Source: Eledone cirrhosa (lineage: Eukaryota). From it: a stretch of DNA of 64,000 nt. The notes beneath the pieces are model-generated. The model saw only the letters and a program-made list of their open reading frames with translations, was not told the origin of the DNA and did no database searches. The position numbers and the translations under genes are program-made. Every line of letters begins with the position of its first letter. Within the stretch, counting starts at the first letter, position 1. The stretch lies in contig OZ024742.1 in assembly GCA_964016885.1 (NCBI GenBank), positions 41,912,001-41,976,000 on the forward strand, written 5' to 3'. Positions 63,763 through 64,000 of the stretch are shown in pieces.

Positions 63763-64000
63763 TGTGTGTGTGTGTGTATAGTCGTTTTAGTCCAAAATTA
63801 AATTTAACCTTTGTAAAATTTATTTTAATTCTAAAACGAGTGTATTTTTGTTACCACTAAAACAACACAAAGATAATTCAAGCACCCTACAGAACAGGCC
63901 AGCTTGGAAATAATGTGCTCTAAAATACTTACTAAGGGAAACTACTAGTAACTTATATATGAATTATGTCACTTTACAATATTATGAATTATGTCCCTTT

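Noticed and set aside
63533-63781. Protamine-like poly-Arg ORF
   Set aside because: Alternative-frame translation of the (GAA)n/(GAG)n tract.

Overview
AT-rich eukaryotic genomic DNA with no prokaryotic features. The repeat content (tRNA-derived SINE families, RTE, CR1, Dong/R4 and CRE LINE fragments, TTAA- and hAT-type MITEs, Helitrons, abundant microsatellites) is typical of a coleoid cephalopod such as Octopus; this assignment is inference. Nearly every long ORF in the supplied track is a simple-repeat artefact or a retrotransposon remnant. The main non-repeat signal is missing from the ORF track: three phase-compatible + strand exons (32768-32903, 34847-34983, 38395-38471) splice into a small six-cysteine protein that begins with the end of a signal peptide and ends in a GPI-anchor signal. 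It resembles vertebrate neuritin/CPG15 in architecture and motif, and also the RGM N-terminal domain. The first coding exon is unresolved, and a possible alternative last exon (44938-44974) would give a soluble isoform. Other points of interest are a Penelope-type inverted repeat with hammerhead-ribozyme-like cores, several fold-back repeat pairs around the gene, a mini-Helitron retaining a helicase fragment, and a cluster of three similar CR1 copies. Repeat boundaries were read by eye and are approximate; exon coordinates were counted base by base.
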